Assembly (NCBI GenBank): GCA_017381015.1
Contig: JAFOCV010000045.1
Coordinates: 5,628 to 69,627, forward strand
Direction of reading: 5' to 3'
From: Bacteroidaceae bacterium
GTDB lineage: Bacteria > Bacteroidota > Bacteroidia > Bacteroidales > Bacteroidaceae
Length of the DNA stretch: 64,000 nt
Position 1 is the stretch's first letter; the number at the start of each line of letters is the position of its first letter. Below the pieces are notes generated by a model. The model was given only the letters and a program-made list of their open reading frames with translations, did not search any database and was not told where the DNA came from. Positions 1 to 9,502 of this stretch are shown here, piece by piece. The translations under genes and the position numbers were made by a program.

Positions 1-184
1 TCAAAAATAAAGTTCTGACCCCTTGAGAGAAATTTTCCCGAAGGATAAACTTTTCCGGGATAGCCACCAGTCGTCCATCACTGAAGGTAATATAACGCAC
101 CTCGCCTGGAGGAGGAGCAATCTGTGCACTCAAGCTCATAGCTGAGGAGGCACATAAAATCAACGTACGAAATAAGTGTTTCAT
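1..184 (-). CDS. N-terminal fragment of a secreted protein (gene runs off the left edge of the window)
   Basis: Hand translation of the minus strand from the ATG (plus-strand cat at 182-184) gives MKHLFRTLILCASSAMSLSAQIAPPPGEVRYITFSDGRLVAIPEKF... The N-terminus is signal-peptide-like and the frame stays open to position 1. It is below the ORF-track length cutoff. Confidence 0.35.
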   Translation of the reverse strand, partial: MKHLFRTLILCASSAMSLSAQIAPPPGEVRYITFSDGRLVAIPEKFILRENFSQGVRTLFL

Positions 185-225
185 GAGATTTAGGCAATTT
201 AAGGTTTTTGGGGTTATTATTCGGG

Positions 226-1080
226 TTATAAATCTATTCCTTTGAGCACCCCCATCATCTGTTCGCGTCCAAGGCGGGAAATAGGTTCGGCATCGTCATA
301 ATCATAGAAGCCATATTCGCCAAGGTCTACATTCAGATATATATCGGGGGGAGTGAAGCGCAGGGCCATGTCAATATTGGTTTTCATGAGCACCAGCAAG
401 GTGTCGTAGGTCAAGGACACATAATTATTGCCCAGCGCACTTATCTTGTTTTGGAACTTGCGGGAAAGAGTTTTCAGACGGGATGTATTTTCAAACTTAT
501 TGGGCTGGCTTTCATCATCTTCCCATTGATAATTATCCAGGTTGACGGCCACCAGCACATCACCCTCCGTACGTACCACTCTGTCCAGAGGGAGGCCATT
601 GCTCATGGCACCATCTATCAGCAACATATCACCATACTCCACAGGGCTGAATACCATGGGGATGGAGATACTGGCGCGTATGGCATCGTAAAGGCTACCC
701 GTGCGGAATACCACTTCCCTACCCGTCTTCAAGTCGGTAGCTACGGCACAATATGGTATGGGCAAGTCTTCTATCAAGCAATCGGGCACTATGGCTTTGA
801 GAGCCTCCATGATGCGGTCACCCTTGAGGATGGCGTGCGGACTTATGGTGAAATCCACCAGGCGGAACATCTCGCGATTGGTCAGTTCGTACATCCATTC
901 CTTTACCTTGTCCAAACCGCCCGTGGCATACAATCCGCCTATCAAAGCACCCATCGATGCACCAGCAATGGAGGTGATTTCGTATCCGTTCTCCTCCAAT
1001 GCTTCGATAGCACCAATGTGTGCAAATCCCTTGGCACCACCACTGGCTAGCACTAATGCTACTTTTTGCTTCTTGCTCAT
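226..1080 (-). CDS. patatin-like phospholipase
   Basis: 284 aa. It has the glycine-rich oxyanion motif SGGAKG, the nucleophile elbow GASMG (GxSxG) and the catalytic Asp motif IDGA, as in the patatin/RssA family. Confidence 0.9.
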   Translation of the reverse strand: MSKKQKVALVLASGGAKGFAHIGAIEALEENGYEITSIAGASMGALIGGLYATGGLDKVKEWMYELTNREMFRLVDFTISPHAILKGDRIMEALKAIVPDCLIEDLPIPYCAVATDLKTGREVVFRTGSLYDAIRASISIPMVFSPVEYGDMLLIDGAMSNGLPLDRVVRTEGDVLVAVNLDNYQWEDDESQPNKFENTSRLKTLSRKFQNKISALGNNYVSLTYDTLLVLMKTNIDMALRFTPPDIYLNVDLGEYGFYDYDDAEPISRLGREQMMGVLKGIDL

Positions 1081-1126
1081 AACCTTGGGTGTATATCTGA
1101 GGGGTGAGAGAAAAATAATGTTGCTC

Positions 1127-2548
1127 TTACTTTATATTGTCCACCAGACGGAATAATCTATTCCAACGGATAGCGCCTAGGCCTCCACGGTCGGGGTCCA
1201 TTGAGAGCCAAATCACCAGAGGTTTGCCCACGATGTGGTCCTCGGGCACAAAGCCCCAGTATCTGGAATCGGCACTATTATGACGATTGTCGCCTTGCAT
1301 CCAATAGTAATCCATCTTGAAGGTGTACTGGGTGGTTTCCTCGCCATTGATCAGGATTCGGGCATCATCGGTTACCTCCAGCTCGTTGCCTTCGTAGATA
1401 CGGATGGGACGCTCATACACGGGGAGATTGCTCATGGTCAGTTGTACGGTTTCTCCCTTGGCAGGAATCCATATAGGGCCGTAATTATCGCATGTCCAAC
1501 CCGTATGACCATTCAGCGGATAAAGGAAGCCACGCTCCTTGTCCTCATGATAGGTGATGCTCTCCACCAGGTCGGTGCGTGCCTCCAGAGCAGCCTTGGC
1601 CTTGGCGGTAAGAGGCATATTGCCTGTTTGACGAAGCGAGGCAAGGTCCTCCTGAGAGATACCCAATTCTCTGATGAGCGATTGAGGCAGAGTGGCCTTC
1701 AGCACCACGTCATAATTGTACTGAACATCTTCGGGCTCCTTGTTGGCCACACCATCAAGATAGATGATATGGTCACGAATTTCCAATGTCTGACCAGGCA
1801 AACCAACACATCGCTTGACATAGTTTTCACGACGGTCCACGGGACGCCAATTCACCTTGCCAAAGGTGCCAGGATTCTTTTTCACGTAATCACTACCCAC
1901 ACCAATGGCATAGTTGTAGAAGCGGTATTGCTCCAGGGGAGAAAGGCTATCCAGATTCTCTGGCACCTCCAGATTGTACATGTACAATTCCTTGCACATG
2001 CGATAGTAATCGGTATTCTGATAGTTGTAGGCTATGGTATCTCCCGAGGGATAGTTGAATACCACGATATCATTCAGAGTAACCTTCTTGGGCGTAACGC
2101 GCTTGTAATCCCATTGTATTCCCTCGATATAGCTCTTGCCCAGGTTGAAGGGCAGAGTGTGCTGGCACAAGGGAGCATGCAGGGGTGTCTGTGGCACACG
2201 AGGACCGTATGTCATCTTGCTCACAAAGAGATAATCGCCCACTAGCAGGCTCTTCTCCAACGAACTGGAAGGAATGGTATAGTTCTGAAAGAAGTAGATA
2301 TTGACAAAATACACCGCCACCAAGGCAAAGACGATGGCATCTACCCACGACATGACGGTGCGCAGGATGGGGTCCTCCAGGTCCTTCCACCATGTCCAGT
2401 TAATCTTCTTTGTGACGTATGCATCAAAGATGAATGGGAGAACGATGATTCCCCACCACGACTTGATCCATACTAGGAAAGCAATATATAGGGCGCATGC
2501 TATCAAACCCTTGGCCCAGTTTAGCTTTGTTGGTTTGTATTTATTCAT
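1127..2548 (-). CDS. lepB: signal peptidase I
   Basis: 473 aa with N-terminal TM segments. S26 boxes are present: Ser box IPSSSLEKSLLVGD, Lys box YVKRCVGLPGQ, and GDNRHNSADSRYWGFVP. Confidence 0.9.
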   Translation of the reverse strand: MNKYKPTKLNWAKGLIACALYIAFLVWIKSWWGIIVLPFIFDAYVTKKINWTWWKDLEDPILRTVMSWVDAIVFALVAVYFVNIYFFQNYTIPSSSLEKSLLVGDYLFVSKMTYGPRVPQTPLHAPLCQHTLPFNLGKSYIEGIQWDYKRVTPKKVTLNDIVVFNYPSGDTIAYNYQNTDYYRMCKELYMYNLEVPENLDSLSPLEQYRFYNYAIGVGSDYVKKNPGTFGKVNWRPVDRRENYVKRCVGLPGQTLEIRDHIIYLDGVANKEPEDVQYNYDVVLKATLPQSLIRELGISQEDLASLRQTGNMPLTAKAKAALEARTDLVESITYHEDKERGFLYPLNGHTGWTCDNYGPIWIPAKGETVQLTMSNLPVYERPIRIYEGNELEVTDDARILINGEETTQYTFKMDYYWMQGDNRHNSADSRYWGFVPEDHIVGKPLVIWLSMDPDRGGLGAIRWNRLFRLVDNIK

Positions 2549-2583
2549 CGATTAAAAAAAAGTCTGAGTGATTATATAAGTGT

Positions 2584-3339
2584 TTAGAATTGGAACAAAT
2601 CATCCATAGTGAGCAAGCCGCTATGCTTTGCGGTGTATTCTGCCGCCAGTACGGCTCCAAGGGCAAAGCCCTTTCGTGAGTGGGCATCGTGGGTGATGGT
2701 GATGCAATCAGCCTCGCTCTCCCAATTGATGGTGTGTATGCCTGGCACCTCGTCGCGACGAATGCTATCAATGCGGAGCTTATCGGAGGCTACATCCGTG
2801 GTGCCTTCCTTGCTTCCATCGGGATTGGTGAGCATACCAAACTCCCATCCATTCAGGCGCTCCACTTCTGCCACCAACTCCTCGCCCAAGGTGATACCTG
2901 TGCCCGAGGGATGGTCCAACTTGTGGATATGGTGCACCTCCTCCAATACGGGAGTGTAAGAGTCAAAACCATTCATGATGCGTGCCAAATATCGGTTCAC
3001 GGCGCGGAAGATGGTTACACCCAAACTGAAATTGGAACTCCAGAAAAGGGTCTTGCCCTCCTCCAGACACATCTTCTTCACCTCTTCACCATGCTGAGGT
3101 ATCCAACCGGTACTACCACTTACCACCTTCACGCCATGCTTGAAGGCCTTCATGTAATTGTCGTATGCCGTGTGTGGAGCAGTAAATTCTATTGCCACAT
3201 CTGCACTCTTGAAGGCAGGGCTATCAAAATCCTCCTGATTGTTGATATCGATAATGCTTACTATTTCATGACCGCGACTGAGCGCTATTTCTTCTATCAT
3301 ACGGCCCATTTTGCCGTATCCTATCAATGCTATTTTCAT
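2584..3339 (-). CDS. dapB: 4-hydroxy-tetrahydrodipicolinate reductase
   Basis: 251 aa from the internal ATG (cat at 3337-3339). MKIALIGYGKMG is the NAD(P)-binding GxGxxG, and EVHHIHKLDHPSGTG is the DapB signature. The extra 46 codons of the ORF-track entry overlap a promoter box, so I treat them as non-coding. Confidence 0.9.
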   Translation of the reverse strand: MKIALIGYGKMGRMIEEIALSRGHEIVSIIDINNQEDFDSPAFKSADVAIEFTAPHTAYDNYMKAFKHGVKVVSGSTGWIPQHGEEVKKMCLEEGKTLFWSSNFSLGVTIFRAVNRYLARIMNGFDSYTPVLEEVHHIHKLDHPSGTGITLGEELVAEVERLNGWEFGMLTNPDGSKEGTTDVASDKLRIDSIRRDEVPGIHTINWESEADCITITHDAHSRKGFALGAVLAAEYTAKHSGLLTMDDLFQF

Positions 3340-3362
3340 TTCTTTGTCTATATTTTGGTACG

Positions 3363-3370
3363 CAAAAGTA
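3363..3370 (-). promoter_or_regulatory. Bacteroidota -7 promoter box (TACTTTTG on minus strand) for dapB-lepB-patatin operon
   Basis: The plus strand reads CAAAAGTA, which is the reverse complement of TAnnTTTG. It lies 24 nt upstream of the dapB ATG. Confidence 0.55.
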
Positions 3371-3543
3371 CAAATTACTGAGGTAATGACAAAAGATTTT
3401 CTCCTATTATTATAATAATGTACCCCAACAATACCCATTTTCCATGATGAGGGGGACATAGTTTTTGAGCACAACATCTTGCATTGTGATATAATTTTGA
3501 TAGGAAAAGGGCACTTTTATTTGTTTTTTTTCTTACTAAATCG

Positions 3544-3551
3544 TACCTTTG
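3544..3551 (+). promoter_or_regulatory. Bacteroidota -7 promoter box TACCTTTG
   Basis: Matches TAnnTTTG 22 nt upstream of the ATG at 3573. A T-rich region containing TTTG precedes it. Confidence 0.6.
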
Positions 3552-3572
3552 CCTACAAATTGACAATTTAAT

Positions 3573-4796
3573 ATGGAGAAACTGCTCCACTATGTATGGA
3601 TGCACAAACTTTTGCCCTCGAAAGAGTTTATCACAACTGATGGGCAAAAAATAAGAATTCTGGAACTTGGTAGGCACAATGCCAATCAGGGTCCGGATTT
3701 CTGCAACGCCCGCATAGAAATGGAGGGCATGGAGTGGATTGGCAATGTAGAGATTCATTCTCTCGCCAGCGATTGGGCAAGACACGGGCACCATAAAGAC
3801 CCCGTCTACAATACCACCATTCTGCATGTCGTGGGCAAAGCCGATGCCGAGGCCTTTCTGGAGAACGGACAACGATTACCTCAAATCGTATTGGACATAC
3901 CCTCTGCATTGACCAACAACTATCAGGAATTACTCCATACTACCGACTATCCTCGGTGTCACAAATTCGTGCCCAACATACCCAGCATCAAGGTGCACTC
4001 ATGGTTGGATGCCTTGTTGGCGGAACGTATGGAGGCGCGTGCCAAGCGAATCCTTGACATATTGCAGGAATGCCGTGGAGATTGGGAGCAAACCACCTTT
4101 ATCACCTTGGCTCGCAACTTTGGCTTCGGACTCAATGGTGATATCTTCGAGATGTGGGCAAAACGCATTCCTTTGTCGGCGGCCGGTAAGCATCGCGACA
4201 ATCTTTTCCAGTTGGTTAGCCTCTTCCTGGGCGTAGCTGGATTGATAGACAAGGTGGGCAACAAGGAAGAAAAGGACAAACTCACGGCGGAATACAAATT
4301 CCTTGCTCATAAGTTCTCTCTTCCCCAGGCAATGGAGACGTGCAATTGGCACTATCTGCGCACTCGCCCTCAGAACTTTCCCGATGTACGTTTGCGCCAG
4401 TTGGCCCAACTTTTCCATGAAGGTCATTGCTCTATGCGTAGCATGCTCGAGGCACAATCATTGAAAGACATTGACAATGTACTGGCAAATGCTGGCATCA
4501 GCAAGACCAGCAGGCATCTGATTGTCATCAACACCGTAGTACCTCTGATGTTTGCCTATGATATCTATAGAGATTCCTATGAATATCGCACCAGAGCTAC
4601 CGACTTTCTGGAGCAACAACCTGGCGAGAAAAACTATATCCTGCGCCAATGGCAGGCTTGTGGCCTCAAGGTGGGTACGGCATACGATAGTCAGGCTCTG
4701 ATACAACTGAAAAAGGAATATTGCGACAAGGCCAATTGCCTGAATTGTCGCTTTGGCTTTGAATACATTTCATACACGATGCACAACAATGGATAA
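3573..4796 (+). CDS. DUF2851 family protein
   Basis: 407 aa. The N-terminus MEKLLHYVWMHKLLP...GPDFCNARIE...VEIH...SDWARHGHH matches my memory of the conserved Bacteroidota DUF2851 family. This needs an HMM check. Confidence 0.75.
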   Translation: MEKLLHYVWMHKLLPSKEFITTDGQKIRILELGRHNANQGPDFCNARIEMEGMEWIGNVEIHSLASDWARHGHHKDPVYNTTILHVVGKADAEAFLENGQRLPQIVLDIPSALTNNYQELLHTTDYPRCHKFVPNIPSIKVHSWLDALLAERMEARAKRILDILQECRGDWEQTTFITLARNFGFGLNGDIFEMWAKRIPLSAAGKHRDNLFQLVSLFLGVAGLIDKVGNKEEKDKLTAEYKFLAHKFSLPQAMETCNWHYLRTRPQNFPDVRLRQLAQLFHEGHCSMRSMLEAQSLKDIDNVLANAGISKTSRHLIVINTVVPLMFAYDIYRDSYEYRTRATDFLEQQPGEKNYILRQWQACGLKVGTAYDSQALIQLKKEYCDKANCLNCRFGFEYISYTMHNNG

Positions 4797-5910
4797 GGAA
4801 ACGCTTTACATGATGGCACTGACTCGGGTACCAAAATTGACCTTTAGTCAGCAACGCACACTGGTGGAAACACTGGGTAGCGCCACCGCCGTGTATGAGA
4901 ACAGGCACAACATCCTGGATATAATACCCAATGCCATACCTGCACTCAAAGACAATCTCTTGCTCATGGATGCCAATCTGGAGCGATGCGAGGAAGAAAT
5001 ATCCTGGGCAGAGAACTATCGCGTGCAATGCATCCATTTCCACGACAATAGATACCCTGCGCGTCTGAAAGAGTGCGATGATGCTCCTATGGTGCTATAC
5101 TATAGAGGTAATGCTGACTTGAACAACATGCGCATAGTGAGCATCGTGGGCACACGAAAAATAACTGACTATGGCAGACAGATAAGCGAACAATTCGTGC
5201 GCGAACTGGCCGAACTCTGTCCCAATGTGCTCATCATGAGCGGACTTGCCTATGGAGTGGATATTCATTGTCATCGCCTGGCATTGAAGCACAATCTCAA
5301 CACAATTGCAGTGCTCGCTCATGGTTTAGACCAGATATATCCCACCATGCACCGACAAACGGCCAAAGAGATGCTTGAGCACGGAGGACTACTCACCGAA
5401 TACATGTCTAGAACCTCAGTAAACAAGGGATATTTCGTTCAGCGCAATCGCATCGTGGCTGGTTGTGCCGATGCCACCATCGTGATAGAAAGTGCCTCCA
5501 GAGGTGGTAGCCTCATCACGGCAGAAACGGCTCAGAGTTATGGACGAGATGTTTTTGCCTTTCCCGGCAGAGCAAACGACCCACAATCTGCTGGTTGCAA
5601 CAGGATTATTGCTCAAAACATAGCTGGCCTCCTGTGCGATGCCGAATCCTTTGTTCAAGCCATGGGATGGCAAGACGATGCCTTGAGAAAGAAACATCTG
5701 ACCGATGGCATTCAACAAGAACTCTTCCCAAACCTAAGCCAAGAGGAACAATTGATTGTTGATGCCTTGAGGGATAAAGACAAGCTCCAGCTCAATCTCA
5801 TCTCCGTAATCACGGGCATCCCGGCAGGACAACTGAGCGGTATGCTTTTCACCCTTGAAATGAAAGGCATCGTGAGAATGATTCCTGGCGGAATGTATCG
5901 ACTTAATTGA
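4789..5910 (+). CDS. dprA: DNA-processing protein DprA (Smf)
   Basis: 373 aa from the ATG at 4789, which overlaps the preceding stop (ATGGATAA). It has a Rossmann-like DprA core (VSIVGTRKITDYG, SGLAYGVDIHCHRLAL, VIESASRGGSLITA) and a C-terminal winged-helix-like tail. Confidence 0.85.
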   Translation: MDKETLYMMALTRVPKLTFSQQRTLVETLGSATAVYENRHNILDIIPNAIPALKDNLLLMDANLERCEEEISWAENYRVQCIHFHDNRYPARLKECDDAPMVLYYRGNADLNNMRIVSIVGTRKITDYGRQISEQFVRELAELCPNVLIMSGLAYGVDIHCHRLALKHNLNTIAVLAHGLDQIYPTMHRQTAKEMLEHGGLLTEYMSRTSVNKGYFVQRNRIVAGCADATIVIESASRGGSLITAETAQSYGRDVFAFPGRANDPQSAGCNRIIAQNIAGLLCDAESFVQAMGWQDDALRKKHLTDGIQQELFPNLSQEEQLIVDALRDKDKLQLNLISVITGIPAGQLSGMLFTLEMKGIVRMIPGGMYRLN

Positions 5911-5941
5911 CTAACTTTTAGATAAACATTACACTAAACAT

Positions 5942-7306
5942 ATGAGTAAACAAAAGCGTTTCTTCCTAAGCGAAGAAGAAATCCCAACACAATGGTACAA
6001 CATCCAAGCTGACATGCCCAACAAGCCCATGCCCATGCTTGACCCCAAGACCAAGAAACCAATGACTCCCGAGGATATGTTCCCCCTATTCTCTATGGAA
6101 GCCAGCCGTCAGGAGATGGACCAAGAGCATGCATGGATAGACATTCCCGAACCCGTCAGAGAGCAATACAAATTCTATCGTAGTACTCCCTTGGTGAGAG
6201 CCTACGGCCTGGAGAAAGCATTAGGTACACCTGCTCACATTTATTTCAAAAACGAGAGCGTAAGCCCCATCGGTAGCCACAAGCTAAATAGTGCCTTGGC
6301 TCAGGCTTATTATTGCAAACAAGAGGGTGTCACCAACATCACCACCGAGACTGGTGCTGGTCAATGGGGATGTGCTCTCAGTTATGCGGCCAAGGTTTTC
6401 GGTCTTGAAGCAGCCGTATATCAGGTAAAAATCAGTTATGAGCAGAAGCCTTATCGTCGTGCCATCATGCAGAGCTATGGCGCACAGGTTACTCCATCGC
6501 CCTCTATGTCTACCAGAGCTGGTAAGGATGTGCTCACCGTTGACCCCAACAACAATGGTTCGCTCGGTACCGCTATATCAGAAGCCGTGGAATTGGCTAT
6601 GACCACTCCCAATTGTAAATACGTACTTGGCTCCGTAATGAACCACGTTTCTCTGCACCAAACCATCATTGGCCTTGAGGCAGAAAAGCAAATGCAGATG
6701 GCTGGTGAATATCCCGACATAGTAATCGGTTGCTTCGGTGGCGGTTCTAACTTTGCAGGTATCTCCTTCCCCTTCATGCGCCACAACTTTACTGGCGAGC
6801 GCAATACTCGTTTCATAGCCGCCGAACCCGCCAGTTGTCCCAAGTTGACACGTGGCCAGTTCCAATACGATTATGGTGACCTCAGTGGTCTTACTCCCAT
6901 GATGCCCATGTACACCTTGGGACACAACTTCATGCCTGCCAACATTCACGCGGGTGGTCTTCGCTATCATGGTGCTGGTGTGATAGTTTCCCAACTTATC
7001 AAGGATGGATATATCGAAGCGGTTGACCTCAAGCAATCAGAGACGTTCAAGGCTGGCCTACTCTTTGCCAAGGAAGAAGGTATCATCCCTGCTCCTGAAT
7101 CTTGTCATGCCATAGCAGCAGCTATTGCCGAGGCAGAGAAATGCAAGGAAACGGGCGAGGAGAAAGTTATCCTGTTCAACCTCTCTGGTCACGGCCTCAT
7201 CGACATGGCGGCTTACACCCAATACCTCTCTGGCAACCTCTTCGACCTGGAAGTTTCTGACGAGGACGTTGCTCGCAATGTTAGAGAATTGGAACAGATT
7301 ATCTAG
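5942..7306 (+). CDS. TrpB-like pyridoxal-phosphate-dependent enzyme (TrpB2 type)
   Basis: 454 aa. It has the PLP-lysine motif GSHKLNSA, a GGGSNFAG phosphate-binding loop, and the long N-terminal extension typical of stand-alone TrpB2 proteins. Confidence 0.85.
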   Translation: MSKQKRFFLSEEEIPTQWYNIQADMPNKPMPMLDPKTKKPMTPEDMFPLFSMEASRQEMDQEHAWIDIPEPVREQYKFYRSTPLVRAYGLEKALGTPAHIYFKNESVSPIGSHKLNSALAQAYYCKQEGVTNITTETGAGQWGCALSYAAKVFGLEAAVYQVKISYEQKPYRRAIMQSYGAQVTPSPSMSTRAGKDVLTVDPNNNGSLGTAISEAVELAMTTPNCKYVLGSVMNHVSLHQTIIGLEAEKQMQMAGEYPDIVIGCFGGGSNFAGISFPFMRHNFTGERNTRFIAAEPASCPKLTRGQFQYDYGDLSGLTPMMPMYTLGHNFMPANIHAGGLRYHGAGVIVSQLIKDGYIEAVDLKQSETFKAGLLFAKEEGIIPAPESCHAIAAAIAEAEKCKETGEEKVILFNLSGHGLIDMAAYTQYLSGNLFDLEVSDEDVARNVRELEQII

Positions 7307-7323
7307 TACACATTCATTGAATT

Positions 7324-8349
7324 ATGGCAAAAAAACTCCTAAAGATTTTCCTTTGGATTATCGGCTTAATAGTGTCTGCAATCATTATCTTTGCTTGTTA
7401 CTTCTGGTTCAAATTCAACCAAGCAGAGCAATCAGCTGGGCGCAAGGTGGAATGGGAATCAAAAGATGGAGAAATCCTTCGCAATCTGAAATACGGAGAA
7501 GGAACCAGAAATGTCTATGACCTGTTCCTTCCTCCCACCAAGGATAGCAATGCCTTGATGCTCTTTGTTCATGGCGGTGCATGGATGTCTGGCAACAAAG
7601 AAGACATAGAATGGGCTGCTCGCAGATACACAAAAGAAGGATATGTAAGCGCTACCATAAATTACTCTCGAGCAGGCAAAGACACTCTTGCTCTGGGGGG
7701 AGAATATTCTGCACCATCTATCGAGAGTATGGTTACAGAAATTGGTATGTCTATCGATGCCATCATACAAGACTGCAAGAAACAAGGCATCACTCTCACT
7801 CAAATGGCCATCGGAGGTTATTCTGCCGGAGGTCACCTGGCCATGCTATATGCCACACGTCATGCCGAGGACTCTCCCCTTCCCATCCGTTTTCAGATTA
7901 GTTGGGTGGGACCTGCCGACTTCACCCGTCTATTCCCCACCAATGCCGAGTATATGAGTAAAGTGTGGGAAGAAGATAGTGAGGAGAACATACGCAAACG
8001 CAAGGAACACCAGCAGACCATGTATTTCCTTGGTGGAAAAAGCGTGCAAACAGATTCTTATAGTGCCTCACTGGAAGACTCGCTCAAGCGCATGGCTTCT
8101 CCCCTATTCCAAATCAAGGAGAACACACCTCCTGCGGTGCTGGTTTATGGAGCAAAGGACCGACTGGTATCTGCCGAGCATGGCAAAGCCACCAATCAGG
8201 CACTCGAGCAGATTGGCATAGAGAGCCGCTTGTACGTATTCCCCAATTCTGGTCACGAATTAGGTGCCGACCCCGAGTATGCAGATAGTGTTCAACACAC
8301 GATTCTCGATTTTTGCCAAAGATACTTCGGTTCTGACAAACAGCAATAA
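7324..8349 (+). CDS. alpha/beta hydrolase (esterase/lipase-like), membrane anchored
   Basis: 341 aa with an N-terminal TM helix. It has the oxyanion motif HGGAW, the nucleophile elbow GGYSAGGH (GxSxG), and a C-terminal His in NSGHEL. Confidence 0.8.
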   Translation: MAKKLLKIFLWIIGLIVSAIIIFACYFWFKFNQAEQSAGRKVEWESKDGEILRNLKYGEGTRNVYDLFLPPTKDSNALMLFVHGGAWMSGNKEDIEWAARRYTKEGYVSATINYSRAGKDTLALGGEYSAPSIESMVTEIGMSIDAIIQDCKKQGITLTQMAIGGYSAGGHLAMLYATRHAEDSPLPIRFQISWVGPADFTRLFPTNAEYMSKVWEEDSEENIRKRKEHQQTMYFLGGKSVQTDSYSASLEDSLKRMASPLFQIKENTPPAVLVYGAKDRLVSAEHGKATNQALEQIGIESRLYVFPNSGHELGADPEYADSVQHTILDFCQRYFGSDKQQ

Positions 8350-8430
8350 CTCACTTGTCTGCACCAACATTCAACCGATTTCTTTAAGAGGTAGTTTTCT
8401 TCTTCACTCTACCCCTCCGCATAAACACAA

Positions 8431-8469
8431 CATTCCGCAATGCCCAAACATCTTAGGCGTTGCGGAATG
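8431..8469. terminator. hairpin between convergent genes (bidirectional terminator candidate)
   Basis: CATTCCGCAA (8431-8440) pairs with TTGCGGAATG (8460-8469), giving a 10-bp stem. It lies between the convergent hydrolase and methyltransferase genes. Confidence 0.5.
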
Positions 8470-8553
8470 CTATTGTTGAGAGAAGGGCTTTTATACCTAT
8501 ACTCAGAAATCCATTTTCGTTTCTTAAGGAAATCCCTCTCCTTAACTCAGAAA

Positions 8554-9372
8554 TCAATCCTCGTTTCTTTGTCTTACCGCTTCGTACATCAGGATTGCGG
8601 CCGAGACGGATACATTGAGCGAATCCAGGATGCCAAGCATAGGAATACGAATATGGGCATCAGCGGCTTCACGCCATTGATTGGTGAGACCTGTTGCCTC
8701 CGTGCCCATGACTATGGCCGTGGGGAGAGTCATGTCGGTATCGTAATAGAGAGATGAGTCTTGCAATTGAGCCGTGAGGATGCGGATACCTTGTGCCTTG
8801 AAATAAGCAATACACTCCTGGCTGGTGCATGCTATGGTGGGAACGGAGAAAATACCTCCCAAGGAAGAACGGATGAGATTGGGATTGTAAAGGTCGGTCA
8901 GAGGGTCGCACACTATTACTGCATCCACACCAGCCGCATCTGCACTACGAAGGATAGCGCCAAGATTTCCGGGTTTCTCCACACTCTCCAGCACCACATA
9001 GAGCGGTGCCTTGCCTTCCGGCATCTTGGGCAAGGTATCAAGACCATGCTCCTTCATACGTATTGTGGCCACCACACCCTCCGTACCACCACGATATGCT
9101 ATGCGGTCATAAACGGAGGAACTAACCTGAATAGTATGGCACTTGGGAAGGGCTTGCAAGAGAGTGTCGTACTCGGCTTCTGCCTTGAGAATCTCTGGAC
9201 AAATGAATACGGTATCCATGACATATCCTCGAGAGAGGCAATGCATGAGTTCGCGACGTCCCTCAACGAGAAAAAGTTGTTCTTTTCTACGAAGAGACGA
9301 CTTCTGTTGCAATTGCAGAAGAGCCTTGATTTTGGGGTTCTGCGTACTGGTTATGATATCTTGTGTTTGCAT
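8554..9372 (-). CDS. TrmH/SpoU-family RNA 2'-O-methyltransferase
   Basis: 272 aa from the ATG (cat at 9370-9372). SpoU motifs are present: VLESVEKPGNLGAILRSADAAG, MGTEATGL and IPMLGILDSLNVSVSAAI. The GTG-extended ORF-track start would cover the promoter box. Confidence 0.85.
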   Translation of the reverse strand: MQTQDIITSTQNPKIKALLQLQQKSSLRRKEQLFLVEGRRELMHCLSRGYVMDTVFICPEILKAEAEYDTLLQALPKCHTIQVSSSVYDRIAYRGGTEGVVATIRMKEHGLDTLPKMPEGKAPLYVVLESVEKPGNLGAILRSADAAGVDAVIVCDPLTDLYNPNLIRSSLGGIFSVPTIACTSQECIAYFKAQGIRILTAQLQDSSLYYDTDMTLPTAIVMGTEATGLTNQWREAADAHIRIPMLGILDSLNVSVSAAILMYEAVRQRNED

Positions 9373-9380
9373 TCTGCCTA

Positions 9381-9388
9381 CAAAAGTA
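9381..9388 (-). promoter_or_regulatory. -7 promoter box (TACTTTTG on minus strand) directly upstream of the methyltransferase ATG
   Basis: The plus strand reads CAAAAGTA. Only 8 nt separate the box from the ATG at 9372, which implies a very short leader or a leaderless mRNA. Confidence 0.5.
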
Positions 9389-9441
9389 CTCAAATCCACA
9401 AAGCTAACAAAGAAATCTTTGCATTTTTCTAGATAAATAGG

Positions 9442-9449
9442 TACATTTG
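9442..9449 (+). promoter_or_regulatory. -7 promoter box TACATTTG
   Basis: Matches TAnnTTTG 54 nt upstream of the ATG at 9503. Confidence 0.5.
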
Positions 9450-9502
9450 CAAGCCTTTGTGTGCAGAGTTAATGAATAAAACACGCAGAGGATATAGAAA
9501 AG

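Noticed and set aside
451-1156. ORFs 451-1050(+) and 701-1156(+), lying antisense or out of frame to the patatin gene
   Set aside because: These are shadow ORFs on the opposite strand of a motif-supported gene. Their translations are low-complexity, show no family signature, and have no promoter box.
1235-2245. 336-aa ORF antisense to lepB
   Set aside because: It lies entirely inside the signal peptidase I gene on the other strand. The His/Gly/Ile-rich product is typical of antisense frames.
3340-3477. N-terminal extensions of ORF-track entries: dapB 3340-3477, cysK 52930-53046, sufS 62607-62678, four-helix-bundle 22529-22579, trmH 9373-9399, polyprenyl synthase 39664-39708
   Set aside because: The extensions overlap TAnnTTTG promoter boxes or repeat DNA. 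They begin at non-ATG codons in several cases and precede the conserved family N-termini, so internal starts were chosen.
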